A DNA stretch of 64,000 nt from a virus, in IMG/VR virus record IMGVR_UViG_3300029349_000001, positions 32,001 through 96,000 of that record, one strand, 5' to 3'. Every line of letters begins with the position of its first letter. Position 1 is the stretch's first letter. A program made the position numbers and the translations under genes. The notes beneath the pieces are model-generated. The model made no database searches, was not told the DNA's origin, and was given only the letters and a program-made list of their open reading frames with translations. Below, piece after piece: positions 39,912 to 50,479 of the stretch.

Positions 39912-42900
39912 ATGTATCCTATTAATACCAAAAACAACTGCACTATTTACAGTAATTCTTTTTTGAATGATTTAGACGATCATGCAATAGAAGATATATT
40001 GTTAGACACTAGGTTGCAATCTGGAGGAACTGAGGGAAATAATTCAGAATATGGCGCTAGACTGAAGTACAAATTGCAATCAGAAACATCCAGTATTGTC
40101 TGCAAAATAACAGATATGCGTAGTTTACTGACTACCTATACTCCATCAACTTCTCCTAATTATAATTGGCTACCAGCAATTATTAATCATGATAATTATA
40201 TACAAAATAAAGAGATATTAGCTGGCACTGTAATTGGCAACAAGGTTTTGGGTATAGAAAACTTTATTAAAATTCAAAATCCAAAATTCAAAAATTGGTC
40301 TATATTAGATGATGGTAATTCTCCCAACACAGATGGTTCCTCTATATCCATAGATTGGGTTATCAATTCAAATCTAACCTCTATAGAACCGGAATATGGT
40401 GTTTTGTATTGGTATAAAAAAAACGAACCAACAGCAACTAATACTACACAATACCCAATAGACAAGCTGCCCTCACGAACTATTGTCTCGCCAGTTAGCA
40501 ACATTGTGAGCAATGATACCAATAGTACTGTTTTGGCAACACCCCAAGATAAACTTATTAAGATAGATAATAATATATTAAAATTTGTAGATAAAAGTCC
40601 AGTATCTTGGAATTCTGGTACTGATCCAGTTTTTGATTATGGAACAAAAGACAATCAAAATTTATCTAAGTCTACTATTGATATATCTGGAGCTAGAAAT
40701 AATGCCGCTATTAGATTTTATGCTATAAATAGTCAAAATTTTCTAAACAATCAACAAAACTTACTATTTCCAGATTATCAAATTTGGATAGCAGACGGAG
40801 AATTTTATAGCTATTTTAATAGCGCCAGAGAAAAACATGATTTTCAAACGCATAGACCAACTAAATGGCCATCTAGATCGTATATATCTCCGGGGATGTA
40901 TCATGTATATAGGGCTATTTATAATGCTCTAACTGTTGATCGCGTCAAAAGTTTAACAACGATAGGCACAGTATGCTATGCGGAAAAATTAAGGAAATTA
41001 TGTTGCATACTAGCTACTAGTCCTTTGATTGATAGAGTAACTATAAATTGTTTGTATAATGCTAGTATTAAAGATCAAGTTAATACTTATCTAAATGCTC
41101 CAGCTTCTAGCTCAACTAATGAAGAGGTAAGAGCGCTACTGGATATTATAAATGTGATCACTAAAGAGTTAAGTAATCTAACGGATAAAATAGAAAATCA
41201 AACCAATAATAATAATTATATACGCACTCCATCACAGCTATACAAAAAACTTAAGTCTAAATATTCTGCTAATTTACGGATAGAACCTCAACAAATCAAA
41301 AAGATCAAATTTAATAAAACTCTGCCCAATGGCGCCCACGCATACTTTGATTTGAATCACAAAACCTTCTGTCCCAAAAATACAAGACCATCCACAGAGA
41401 GATTTCCTTCTTATATTTATAATAAATTTGAATATACAGTAGGTGATATTGTTATTAAGAATAGTTTAGACATTAACAACAATAAACTTAAATCTCAGTC
41501 ATTACGGGTTTTTTCAAATGCTGATGACACAACTATTCGTAAAGATGTTCCGTGGGATATTACCAGATTGGCCACTAATGAAAAAATAAGACTAAATTTA
41601 GGTCCAGACATAGTTTTGCCATTTACGCCAGACAACGGAGAAATGATACTAAGCTACGACTTAGACTTATTGGGGGATTTAGACTGTTTTTGGCAGTTAG
41701 TGGATGGACCGGAGTGTTTTAGATTTAGTCATTTTGCAAAAAACGGACGAATAGACTTTATAAAGCGAAATAAAATTTCAACAGATTCTCGACCTAACTT
41801 TTATGTAAAAAAACCTGGAGTATACACGGTAAGATGTCAAATTACTAAATCCTCTACTTTAAAAGCATCCGACACTATAAGACTTTATATTGGCGTACCG
41901 AATCCGGACGTACCTCCTAGAACAGCAGCAGACAATACTGATACTGTTACGAATAAATATAATCCTCTATGTTCTAATCTTAGGCAATTTGCCGTTAATA
42001 AATATGGATTATTCTGGGTTATTGATAGTGATGTTTATACAATAGCGCAATCTAATCGACAGATTATCACAGATACCACAGCCTCTGAAAGATTATTAAA
42101 TCAAAAACTTGGTCTGGATTTTGAACCACAAGTAGTAAGAAATGCGGATGTTGTTTTTAAATTCGAAACATTGACCACTACAGTTAAGTTACATTCTGTT
42201 ACTATAGAAAACATGAGAGATTCTTTAGATTCAACCAGCCAATGTAAAAGCTTTTATCAAGATAAATTGGTTAGACAAAGAGATACTAGGATTACAAATA
42301 TTAACACATTCGTTGCTAGATATATCAGACAAGACCGAGGCGGAGATATATTAACTTTTTATGGTAGAGGTTATGACAATGACGGCAGAGAGGTTAGATT
42401 CAGTGAAGAATTTAGCTTCCCCTATCTGTCCACAGTATTGGCACCAGGGATAAGGTCTTATGGCGGCTATTCTAATAATGTAGTTAATACTATTGGTGTA
42501 GAAATTCCATTTCATCCAGTATATGAAGGTTCTTCTTCCAGAACGTTATCTCTTTATAAATTACCAAATGGTAATTGGGGTGGAGGATCCGATGTTAATC
42601 CGATAATGGCTAAAAAGCCTTATATAATGCCACGAATGATTGACAGAAACAACATGAGTGACAATAATCCCAATACTACACTTAAATGTAGTATGATGGA
42701 TATTCCTGTCAGCGGATATACAACACTAAATAAAGGGTTTTTTCATCCTAATTCTGGATGGTTTCCCGGCAGTACTAGTCAGACCTATCCTTCTGTGTTA
42801 CAAAATATAGGTGATAGTGCCTATAGTTCTTTATCTTCTCATGGCAAGAATATCACATCTGTACACAGATATAAAGTATATAGATATAAATCTTACTATT

Positions 42901-45900
42901 TTAGTGGTAATGGAATTTTTGATATGAGAGGCATGACTCTTGGAAATAATACTTCACATAATACATACTTAAGTCGTATATTAATTAAAGACGCATCAGA
43001 ATCCTCTTCTTTTCTCTTTGATCACAATTCTAATCAAGGATATAGAAATGTAAATGGTGTTTCTTATAGATCTCAAGAATCAATAGATGACTTATATATA
43101 GACCGCTGCACAGATAATGAAACAGAAGAGAGTTTTGTTTGCGAACCACAATTAGATAATCTTGCTGGTGATTGTTATCCTGGTATTGCTACTTCTATGT
43201 ATTCTTTGCCAGAAGGTGGAGGTATTAATAATTTGTTTATAGAGGATCTAGAAATTAAAATTAATTTTTTGAACTATCCTAATCCTAAAAATATGATTTT
43301 AGCTCTGGAAATTTTTAATCCCACTTTGCCAGCACTACCAGAATTTAATAAGATTTTTATATCTAACGATAAGCAAACAACAGGCGTAGCAGATTTGGAT
43401 ACTTATATATCCGCCATAAATACTATGAATACGTCAACTGATGAACGGTCGAGAATTATATACTTATATAACCAAGAATCTATAGAGAACTATAATTTAA
43501 ATTTTAATTTATTATTCAGTGACAACTATAAGCATCAAGCGGTTTTTGACGACTCCAATAAATATGATCAATATTTAAGCCATTTGAATAAACCTATACA
43601 TTCTGATACTCCGATTAGATCTACTCTGTCTTCTAATAATTACTCAGATAGACAGTCAGCGAAATATAAAAAAGCAATAAACAACAATCTACTCCCGGTA
43701 TCCTCTGCTTCGCTAGCCAAGTTTAAAAATATTCCATTAAAAGATACGTCTTTTATTTTGAAAGTAATAATACTAGGTACAGAAGAAAATGCTTTAGCTA
43801 TGGATAATGTAGTTAATAATTCTGAGTTGTCTGGATTAACATCTTTTGAGACAACACGTAAAAGTAATACAATAGCTAATAGTATTTGTTCTTGGGATCT
43901 CATAGTACATACTAACAAAACACCCAAGTTCCATAATAAAAATCCAAGAGGTCATTTAGACTATGATAATAATAGTAATTCTGTAATCAAAGGCTATAAT
44001 TTTATTGGTGATTTTACGAATAAAACATATTTGATTCCAAAAGTTAATTTAAATGCTCCTTATCAGTATTTAGCTAATATTAATTATTATTGTAGATATA
44101 TTAATGACGACGAATTATCTAAACCATTAACATATCAAGAATTAAGATTTCCATTCGTATTTTTTTCGTGGACTCCGTTTTTTACGCTAGCGGGAGCTAT
44201 GTTTGCAGCATGGGAAATATCGCAAGCTTTTAGTCGAGGCGGACGTAGTGACCCTTTAGTAAGCTTCTTATATGATCTTAGATTTCAAAGAATGCAGGAA
44301 GAGTTAGAGCGTAATTATTTTCAGCCTGGATATGAGGCAGTTGCTCAAGGATACGCAGACAAAGCTCTAGTTCTTTTAACTAAAGACGATGTATCTTGGT
44401 ACAAGATGGAGGTTCCTATAAATAGGTACGAACACTCCGATATTCTAAAGCTCAAAAGATATAATTATATTAAACTAAGTTCTAGTACAGCCAAGCCTCT
44501 ATCTATGCTAAAATTTAGCCTTGTTACAGAGGACAAGCAACTAACAGGACCGGCGGAGATCAAATATACTTTTTCTACAAATATAGGACTCTCAGGACTA
44601 GAGAAGACAGTACCGAATCCATCGGACTCAAATAGCACTATAACATTAAAATTTGACGAAGGAGACGTGGTTGAATTAACTGGACAAACCACAGCCGCCA
44701 ATAATGGTTTATATGTGGTAAAAACCGGAGCATGGGTGAGATTTCCGGATACAAGAGATATTAGATTTTTAGTAAATAATAGATATGGCAATAGTACCAA
44801 CACCAATAACCTGACCTCGGCAAATATCACTGCCAAAAAAATTATCAAAATTAAGGGAGCCAGAGCCTTTCATTTTTTCGATATTAATGATTCAGTATCT
44901 ATGTCTGCTAATTTCCAACAAGAGAATCCCGTTTCTTCAACAATATCAGATAAATATTTAATTAATATTACAGATAGTGTTTATACAATACTAGTGCTAA
45001 ACGCTGGTCTTTCTAGTCTATCAGAAGGATACGTATATAAAAATACAAACAATACTCTTTTAGTATATAGTAGTAATGAAACTATTAATGACGATTCCAC
45101 TATAGGCAAATGGGGCCTTGCTAAGTCTACCGAAGAATTAGGAAATAGACTAGTTAGTAAAATAGGCCATTCGGCAATGGGTGAGGGCAATTATGGATAT
45201 GGTACTCCATATGTGGATCCAGACACATACTCTTCACTATCATATGACTCTAATCATATTAAACAAGTATATGACACGATGGATAATACAGCAAATGACG
45301 CCTATAAATATAATAAGATTTTCTTAGAATCTAATGGCACTAATACAACTATAGACTTTGATCCCGATACAGACTCACCCGCACAATTATGCAAATATTA
45401 TCCATTTAGTATAAATGACTATGATTATGCCAAAGACACAGCGGGATATCAACAAATTTTAGCCAGTGAAACCAACGCAGAGGATAAAGCAAACCTGAAT
45501 ATAGATTTAGTAGGCTCCATTTTACAACCAGATAAACAAAGCTATTATTTTATGGATCTTAAATCAGAAAAATTTAGCAATGTTGCTGAAGCTGGTTATT
45601 TATATATAGAAAACGATTACATTAAATATAAACCAACACAAAAACTATCTACTGCACAAAGAAATTCTATTCAACAAAGAATTGATTTTATTTCTACTAC
45701 AGGGATACCACCTGCTGATTTGCCAACTACGTCTATTTCCAATATAGATAATATTCCGGATCTATTAACAGTATACAGTACTACAGCTGAAGAATTAAAT
45801 GTTTGTCAATATCCTAATTTCAGTAATACTGGCAGCGCATGTAAAAAACAACAATCCAAACTGAAGTTATTGCAACTGTGTGACGAAAGGGCCAAACTGC

Positions 45901-46823
45901 TCAAGATTTTAGAGAATGATGATATGTCATCTCCTAATGTATTACCAATATATGAAATTATTTATAATACTATACCACAAAATGGACAAGCGGGCGTTCC
46001 TCCAAAAATTAGTATAGAGTATAGAACCAAAGACTATTTTTGGTTTAATATTGATGCTAATCAAAGCTGTTCTTGGGCCTCCGAAGCAATGCCTAGAATT
46101 TTATATCAAACAGAATATAGATGTTCTCCTATAGTCGAGTTTTATCAATATCCTGAATGCAATTCGGTTTGTTTATTTGAGGAGGTCAAAGGAGGAGCCG
46201 ATTTTGATATGTTAACAGAAAATGGTATACAAATCTTACAAAATAAAAAAGTAGAGGAAGAAAAAGCAAAATATCCGCAAGTTACAAATTGGGGCTTAGA
46301 TACTGAAACATTTCACGACAGAGTAGAGAAAAAATTCTTTTTATCATGCGGAGAAAATTTTAGAGATACATTATTAACAGTCAGAGAGAGATATTTATAT
46401 CCAAAAATTGATGCAACCCAAAGATTTGGCGCTGTTAAAGATGTATTTAATTTAGACAATACCGATAGCATAAAAATGAAATTTAGAATTATACCAAGAA
46501 AACTTAAAACTATTGATCCTATTTTTCAGAGATATGTTTATGACTACAATGGAAATTTGGCCAAGGATATTATACCACCTCCAGGCGGCCCTATGTTTAA
46601 TGGCTTGTCTATTTGGAGATGTATAGACTTTAATAGGAATTCTCCTAATTTGGGTAAGATGGTTGATCCGCCACTATTCTTCAAGGTACAAAATGAAATG
46701 ATTTTTAGGGCATATTTTGGTAGTACAGACGGCATCGAAATTAAAAATTCTCCTATATCAGAAGCTAAAGAATTTTGGGAATGGATACCGTATGAATATT
46801 TTGATGGACCAATTATAGAGTAA
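39912..46823 (+). CDS. Very large virion protein with PKD-like, P-domain-like and fibre-repeat segments
   Basis: WQLVDGP...KPGVYTVR (PKD-like); IEDLEIKINF...SWDL (proprotein-convertase P-like); GDVVELTGQTTAANNGLYVV..GAW.R fibre motif. Confidence 0.45.
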   Translation: MYPINTKNNCTIYSNSFLNDLDDHAIEDILLDTRLQSGGTEGNNSEYGARLKYKLQSETSSIVCKITDMRSLLTTYTPSTSPNYNWLPAIINHDNYIQNKEILAGTVIGNKVLGIENFIKIQNPKFKNWSILDDGNSPNTDGSSISIDWVINSNLTSIEPEYGVLYWYKKNEPTATNTTQYPIDKLPSRTIVSPVSNIVSNDTNSTVLATPQDKLIKIDNNILKFVDKSPVSWNSGTDPVFDYGTKDNQNLSKSTIDISGARNNAAIRFYAINSQNFLNNQQNLLFPDYQIWIADGEFYSYFNSAREKHDFQTHRPTKWPSRSYISPGMYHVYRAIYNALTVDRVKSLTTIGTVCYAEKLRKLCCILATSPLIDRVTINCLYNASIKDQVNTYLNAPASSSTNEEVRALLDIINVITKELSNLTDKIENQTNNNNYIRTPSQLYKKLKSKYSANLRIEPQQIKKIKFNKTLPNGAHAYFDLNHKTFCPKNTRPSTERFPSYIYNKFEYTVGDIVIKNSLDINNNKLKSQSLRVFSNADDTTIRKDVPWDITRLATNEKIRLNLGPDIVLPFTPDNGEMILSYDLDLLGDLDCFWQLVDGPECFRFSHFAKNGRIDFIKRNKISTDSRPNFYVKKPGVYTVRCQITKSSTLKASDTIRLYIGVPNPDVPPRTAADNTDTVTNKYNPLCSNLRQFAVNKYGLFWVIDSDVYTIAQSNRQIITDTTASERLLNQKLGLDFEPQVVRNADVVFKFETLTTTVKLHSVTIENMRDSLDSTSQCKSFYQDKLVRQRDTRITNINTFVARYIRQDRGGDILTFYGRGYDNDGREVRFSEEFSFPYLSTVLAPGIRSYGGYSNNVVNTIGVEIPFHPVYEGSSSRTLSLYKLPNGNWGGGSDVNPIMAKKPYIMPRMIDRNNMSDNNPNTTLKCSMMDIPVSGYTTLNKGFFHPNSGWFPGSTSQTYPSVLQNIGDSAYSSLSSHGKNITSVHRYKVYRYKSYYFSGNGIFDMRGMTLGNNTSHNTYLSRILIKDASESSSFLFDHNSNQGYRNVNGVSYRSQESIDDLYIDRCTDNETEESFVCEPQLDNLAGDCYPGIATSMYSLPEGGGINNLFIEDLEIKINFLNYPNPKNMILALEIFNPTLPALPEFNKIFISNDKQTTGVADLDTYISAINTMNTSTDERSRIIYLYNQESIENYNLNFNLLFSDNYKHQAVFDDSNKYDQYLSHLNKPIHSDTPIRSTLSSNNYSDRQSAKYKKAINNNLLPVSSASLAKFKNIPLKDTSFILKVIILGTEENALAMDNVVNNSELSGLTSFETTRKSNTIANSICSWDLIVHTNKTPKFHNKNPRGHLDYDNNSNSVIKGYNFIGDFTNKTYLIPKVNLNAPYQYLANINYYCRYINDDELSKPLTYQELRFPFVFFSWTPFFTLAGAMFAAWEISQAFSRGGRSDPLVSFLYDLRFQRMQEELERNYFQPGYEAVAQGYADKALVLLTKDDVSWYKMEVPINRYEHSDILKLKRYNYIKLSSSTAKPLSMLKFSLVTEDKQLTGPAEIKYTFSTNIGLSGLEKTVPNPSDSNSTITLKFDEGDVVELTGQTTAANNGLYVVKTGAWVRFPDTRDIRFLVNNRYGNSTNTNNLTSANITAKKIIKIKGARAFHFFDINDSVSMSANFQQENPVSSTISDKYLINITDSVYTILVLNAGLSSLSEGYVYKNTNNTLLVYSSNETINDDSTIGKWGLAKSTEELGNRLVSKIGHSAMGEGNYGYGTPYVDPDTYSSLSYDSNHIKQVYDTMDNTANDAYKYNKIFLESNGTNTTIDFDPDTDSPAQLCKYYPFSINDYDYAKDTAGYQQILASETNAEDKANLNIDLVGSILQPDKQSYYFMDLKSEKFSNVAEAGYLYIENDYIKYKPTQKLSTAQRNSIQQRIDFISTTGIPPADLPTTSISNIDNIPDLLTVYSTTAEELNVCQYPNFSNTGSACKKQQSKLKLLQLCDERAKLLKILENDDMSSPNVLPIYEIIYNTIPQNGQAGVPPKISIEYRTKDYFWFNIDANQSCSWASEAMPRILYQTEYRCSPIVEFYQYPECNSVCLFEEVKGGADFDMLTENGIQILQNKKVEEEKAKYPQVTNWGLDTETFHDRVEKKFFLSCGENFRDTLLTVRERYLYPKIDATQRFGAVKDVFNLDNTDSIKMKFRIIPRKLKTIDPIFQRYVYDYNGNLAKDIIPPPGGPMFNGLSIWRCIDFNRNSPNLGKMVDPPLFFKVQNEMIFRAYFGSTDGIEIKNSPISEAKEFWEWIPYEYFDGPIIE

Positions 46824-46837
46824 ACATAGGATAAATT

Positions 46838-49027
46838 ATGTCTATAGGTAGTGTAGTAGATCAAGAATCGTTATTTTATTTTTTTGACCCATCTGCGGTA
46901 GATGGAGATAAAATAGATATATTTATTAATAATCAACCAATTAAAAGTATTGATCTTACATCTGAACTTAATACACAGCCATTTAAAGTTGCAGAATATA
47001 GCATTATAGGCAACAATACTCTCAAGATAAAAGCCACTTCTACTGGAGAAAGCGGCAACTGTACATTTGCATATTATATTGAAAAAAATCAAGATATTAT
47101 TGTATATGGATTTTATGAATTAGTATTAGACGAAGAGATTTCTTTGGATTACGAATATTCTCCAAGTAGTCCTATACCAACTCCTACTAGTACAAGAACC
47201 CCCACACCCACCGTTTCTATTTCTAATACCCCGACAAACACACAATCTGTAACACCCACATGCACTAACACACCCACTCCTTTAGAAGATACTCCAACTC
47301 CCACCCCAACCTCAACTTCAGAACCAACTCAAACACCAACTCCGACTGCGACTACTACCAATACTCCTACGCTTACTCCTACAATAACTGCAACGAATAC
47401 AAATACGCCAACAAATACACCATCACCTACTGTATCTCCAAGTATCGGCTCCACCTGTTCTGTACTAGTAATGGCTGTTTGTTATTTACATTCTATTAAT
47501 CAGCCTAGCTCTGTTATTGCTTCAATGTTATCTGTTAATGAGTCAGTAGTATCTGAAATTATTCAACAAAGTTATCCGTGTATACCTATTAAGCCATCGC
47601 CCACTCCTACGCCTACACAAACACGCACTCCAACTCCTACTCGTAGTGCTACTCCAACAAGTACTCTCACACCAACCAAAACATCTATGGCGACAAGAAC
47701 GCCAGATCCTACTAGAACACCAGACCCTACAGGAACACCAGAACCAACTAGTAGCAGAACACCCACACCAGAACCTACAGTTTCTCCCACCAATACTGTA
47801 ACACCCACACCAACTATTACCGCCACGCCAACAGCTACAGAAACTCCAACACTAACCCCATCCCCAACCGTCACACCATCTAAAGGTTCAAGACCACCAC
47901 AATATAGAAGAAAAGGAAAGGGACTACCATGTGATCCATATGTAGTGCCGGGTAGTGAACTAACGGATATGAATATCTTAAGATTGAATCCTAAAGTTGC
48001 AGGTAAGCTAAAGTACGAAAAGAAGTTCGTTGGAGATATGAAAGAGGGAGGTATCGTTGTATCTATTGTCAAGCCTGGAGGAGAGATTGTTATGGTGGAT
48101 ACTGGTATTACAGCCACCCCTACTGTTACTCCTACGAATACTCCAACTACAACACCTACTACAACTGTTACTAAAACACCCACTCGAACTAGTACGCCTA
48201 CACCGACTAGTACTGTGACACCAACACCTTCTATTACTAGTACTATTACTCCTACACAAACACCTACTATAAGCCCCACTCAAACAAGTACAGTAACTCC
48301 TACAGAAACACCCACACTAACACCAACCACCACTCCAAGTCTTTCTTTAAGTCCATCGAGTCATCCAGCCCAACTTCTAGATAATGTTCAGAAAAATGCT
48401 ATCGAATGGTTATTAAGTAAAAACTTCATAGACTGGGAGATTATAGAACTTATAGGCATATCTTTTAATACATATCAATATTATATGTACTTAAGACAAT
48501 TTAAAGATACTCCTGTTCCCACATCTTCTATGACGCCCACACCAACACCAACTAGTGAACCAACCCCAACTCCTACAAAAACATCTACTCAAACACCAAC
48601 CGTTACCAAAACATTAACGCCGACTAATACTGTTACTAAAACGCCTACTGGTACTATGACGAGAACACCGGAGCCAACTTCTAGCACAACTCCTACGTCT
48701 ACGCCAGAGCCAACAGTAACTATGACCCCGACTGTAACACCCACACCAGAACCAACACCCACAAATACAATGACGCCTACGATTACTCCTTCTATTACAG
48801 CATCTCCAGATAATTGTGCTAATTATGTATTTCCTGGAGATATTATCATGGTGTATTGTTCTGGTGATTGTCCACCTCCTCGACTAGAGCCTGAAGGAGA
48901 AGGTGCGGAAGGAGAAGCAGGAAGCGGAGAATGTAAAGACACAGACCCATTGTGTCCCAGAAAACCAGATTATAAGTGCGAAACCAGAATAGAGATATCA
49001 ATAGACTTTACTAAGACATGTGAGTAA
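46838..49027 (+). CDS. Mucin-like Pro/Thr-rich protein with small interspersed domains
   Basis: Four long PT tracts; N-terminal DGD.I.I..N...GNNTL beta domain; Cys-rich C-terminus. Confidence 0.6.
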   Translation: MSIGSVVDQESLFYFFDPSAVDGDKIDIFINNQPIKSIDLTSELNTQPFKVAEYSIIGNNTLKIKATSTGESGNCTFAYYIEKNQDIIVYGFYELVLDEEISLDYEYSPSSPIPTPTSTRTPTPTVSISNTPTNTQSVTPTCTNTPTPLEDTPTPTPTSTSEPTQTPTPTATTTNTPTLTPTITATNTNTPTNTPSPTVSPSIGSTCSVLVMAVCYLHSINQPSSVIASMLSVNESVVSEIIQQSYPCIPIKPSPTPTPTQTRTPTPTRSATPTSTLTPTKTSMATRTPDPTRTPDPTGTPEPTSSRTPTPEPTVSPTNTVTPTPTITATPTATETPTLTPSPTVTPSKGSRPPQYRRKGKGLPCDPYVVPGSELTDMNILRLNPKVAGKLKYEKKFVGDMKEGGIVVSIVKPGGEIVMVDTGITATPTVTPTNTPTTTPTTTVTKTPTRTSTPTPTSTVTPTPSITSTITPTQTPTISPTQTSTVTPTETPTLTPTTTPSLSLSPSSHPAQLLDNVQKNAIEWLLSKNFIDWEIIELIGISFNTYQYYMYLRQFKDTPVPTSSMTPTPTPTSEPTPTPTKTSTQTPTVTKTLTPTNTVTKTPTGTMTRTPEPTSSTTPTSTPEPTVTMTPTVTPTPEPTPTNTMTPTITPSITASPDNCANYVFPGDIIMVYCSGDCPPPRLEPEGEGAEGEAGSGECKDTDPLCPRKPDYKCETRIEISIDFTKTCE
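47162..48810 (+). repeat. Degenerate Pro/Thr codon repeats (largest cluster of about 17 PT tracts across eight genes)
   Basis: CCN-ACN-rich tracts with varied third positions. Confidence 0.85.
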
Positions 49028-49030
49028 ATT

Positions 49031-49399
49031 ATGGAAATGACTAATAAATTATGTGTGTTTACAACCCATAACTGGATCAATTTTGAATGCATCAACTGCG
49101 GGCTTAAAATAACAGCCACAGAAAAACAGGATACTATGCCCATTATGCCATGTAAAGAAATATTACATAAAAAAGATAGATCTCAAGACGAATATATTGA
49201 TCAGATGCTTGAATGGTTCAAAGACAACCCCAACCTTGCAGATAAAGAGACTATTCGTAATAGACTCAATATCTGTGAAGGCTGTGAGTTCTTTCAGAAT
49301 GATACCTGTACAAAGTGTGGTTGCTTAATGATGCGCAATAAAAACTTTGTTGGTAAGATTTTGAAACAGGATGCTTCTTGTCCAGAGAATAAGTGGTAG
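49031..49399 (+). CDS. Cys-rich metal-binding protein (DUF6171-like)
   Basis: RLNICEGC...CTKCGC...K....SCPENKW pattern. Confidence 0.55.
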   Translation: MEMTNKLCVFTTHNWINFECINCGLKITATEKQDTMPIMPCKEILHKKDRSQDEYIDQMLEWFKDNPNLADKETIRNRLNICEGCEFFQNDTCTKCGCLMMRNKNFVGKILKQDASCPENKW

Positions 49400-49400
49400 A

Positions 49401-49739
49401 TTATTTACCGGTCGAAGCGGCGTTGGGTTGCCACTTATGCCAGCCTTTGTTGGGTAAATAATTTTTCCCATCATCGTCTTTACGCTTAGGGAATAGTGTT
49501 CCACCCTTCTTGTGCTGACCAAATGCTAGTACCGCACCACATTCATTGCAACGTAGTTCGTAGTAGTCATTGCCCTCTACGCTACGCACAACAAATCTTA
49601 GATTGGTACTACCACACAGACCACACTTCTCTTCTGAGAAAATTTCCTGAATTAGAGCTAGTTCTTTAAAAATTTCTTTTTGGCCAGAACCCTCTAGTTC
49701 AAATTGGAGCTTATCGTTTGCCTTATAAACTACTTTCAT
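49401..49739 (-). CDS. Zinc-ribbon hypothetical protein
   Basis: CGLC...CNEC pairs, 112 aa. Confidence 0.6.
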   Translation of the reverse strand: MKVVYKANDKLQFELEGSGQKEIFKELALIQEIFSEEKCGLCGSTNLRFVVRSVEGNDYYELRCNECGAVLAFGQHKKGGTLFPKRKDDDGKNYLPNKGWHKWQPNAASTGK

Positions 49740-49742
49740 ATA

Positions 49743-50477
49743 TTATTTCCATTCGTTAGAGTACCCAATTAATGTTTCTGGTATGGTCAACATATTCTGT
49801 TGATAGCCAGATAATACCCTAATAATAGAAACAGCACCATCATGTGACAAGCCATAAATATTTTTAGAATCTAAATTATTGTTTTCTAGTAATTTGCTTA
49901 CATTTATATTTAATCTACTAGAGAGAGTATCAATAAAATTGATCTGATTATTGGTGATTTTATTAACGCTGTCAGCATCTGGATGGTCATCAATATCCTT
50001 GGCGATTTCTTCGGCCGCAACCACTTTCCTAAGTTTTAATGCTCGTCTTAAAGCACGACCCTCTGCTCTGGTTTCTGCAACAGCCACGGGATGATTACGA
50101 TAAATCTTATCACAATTACCCCAATAAACGTCCGCAGCGCCGCTAACCGACCTATATTTTAAATTTTCGTCGTTGGAGTCAACACTTTTTAATACGTACG
50201 ATATGGTGTGAACCACCGTGGCTCGTTTTTCATTGTTTGGTTCTGGAGTTTGAACCACATCTGTTTTAGCCTCTGTTACGCAGCAGTCTAGGGCTATTTC
50301 AAAAATACGTCTTAATCCATCGGTTGTAGGATTACCGGCTATTTTTTCGTCATCTGAGAGCAATGACAACACATGGTCCGTCCACCCAATATCATTTGGT
50401 GATACTTTGACCGATTCGACAGCAACGTTTTCTACAGCACTCACTTCAACAACCTCTTTTTTTGTATTTTTGGCCAT
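49743..50477 (-). CDS. Rad52/Sak-like single-strand annealing protein
   Basis: GAAD...AVAETRAEGRALRRAL motif; C-terminal IT.NQ...I segment; replication context. Confidence 0.5.
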   Translation of the reverse strand: MAKNTKKEVVEVSAVENVAVESVKVSPNDIGWTDHVLSLLSDDEKIAGNPTTDGLRRIFEIALDCCVTEAKTDVVQTPEPNNEKRATVVHTISYVLKSVDSNDENLKYRSVSGAADVYWGNCDKIYRNHPVAVAETRAEGRALRRALKLRKVVAAEEIAKDIDDHPDADSVNKITNNQINFIDTLSSRLNINVSKLLENNNLDSKNIYGLSHDGAVSIIRVLSGYQQNMLTIPETLIGYSNEWK

Positions 50478-50479
50478 AT

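Noticed and set aside
9168-48279. Minus-strand Val/Gly-rich ORFs (e.g. 9168-9548, 12004-12285, 17064-17408, 47572-48279)
   Set aside because: Antisense shadows of Pro/Thr codon repeats inside long plus-strand genes
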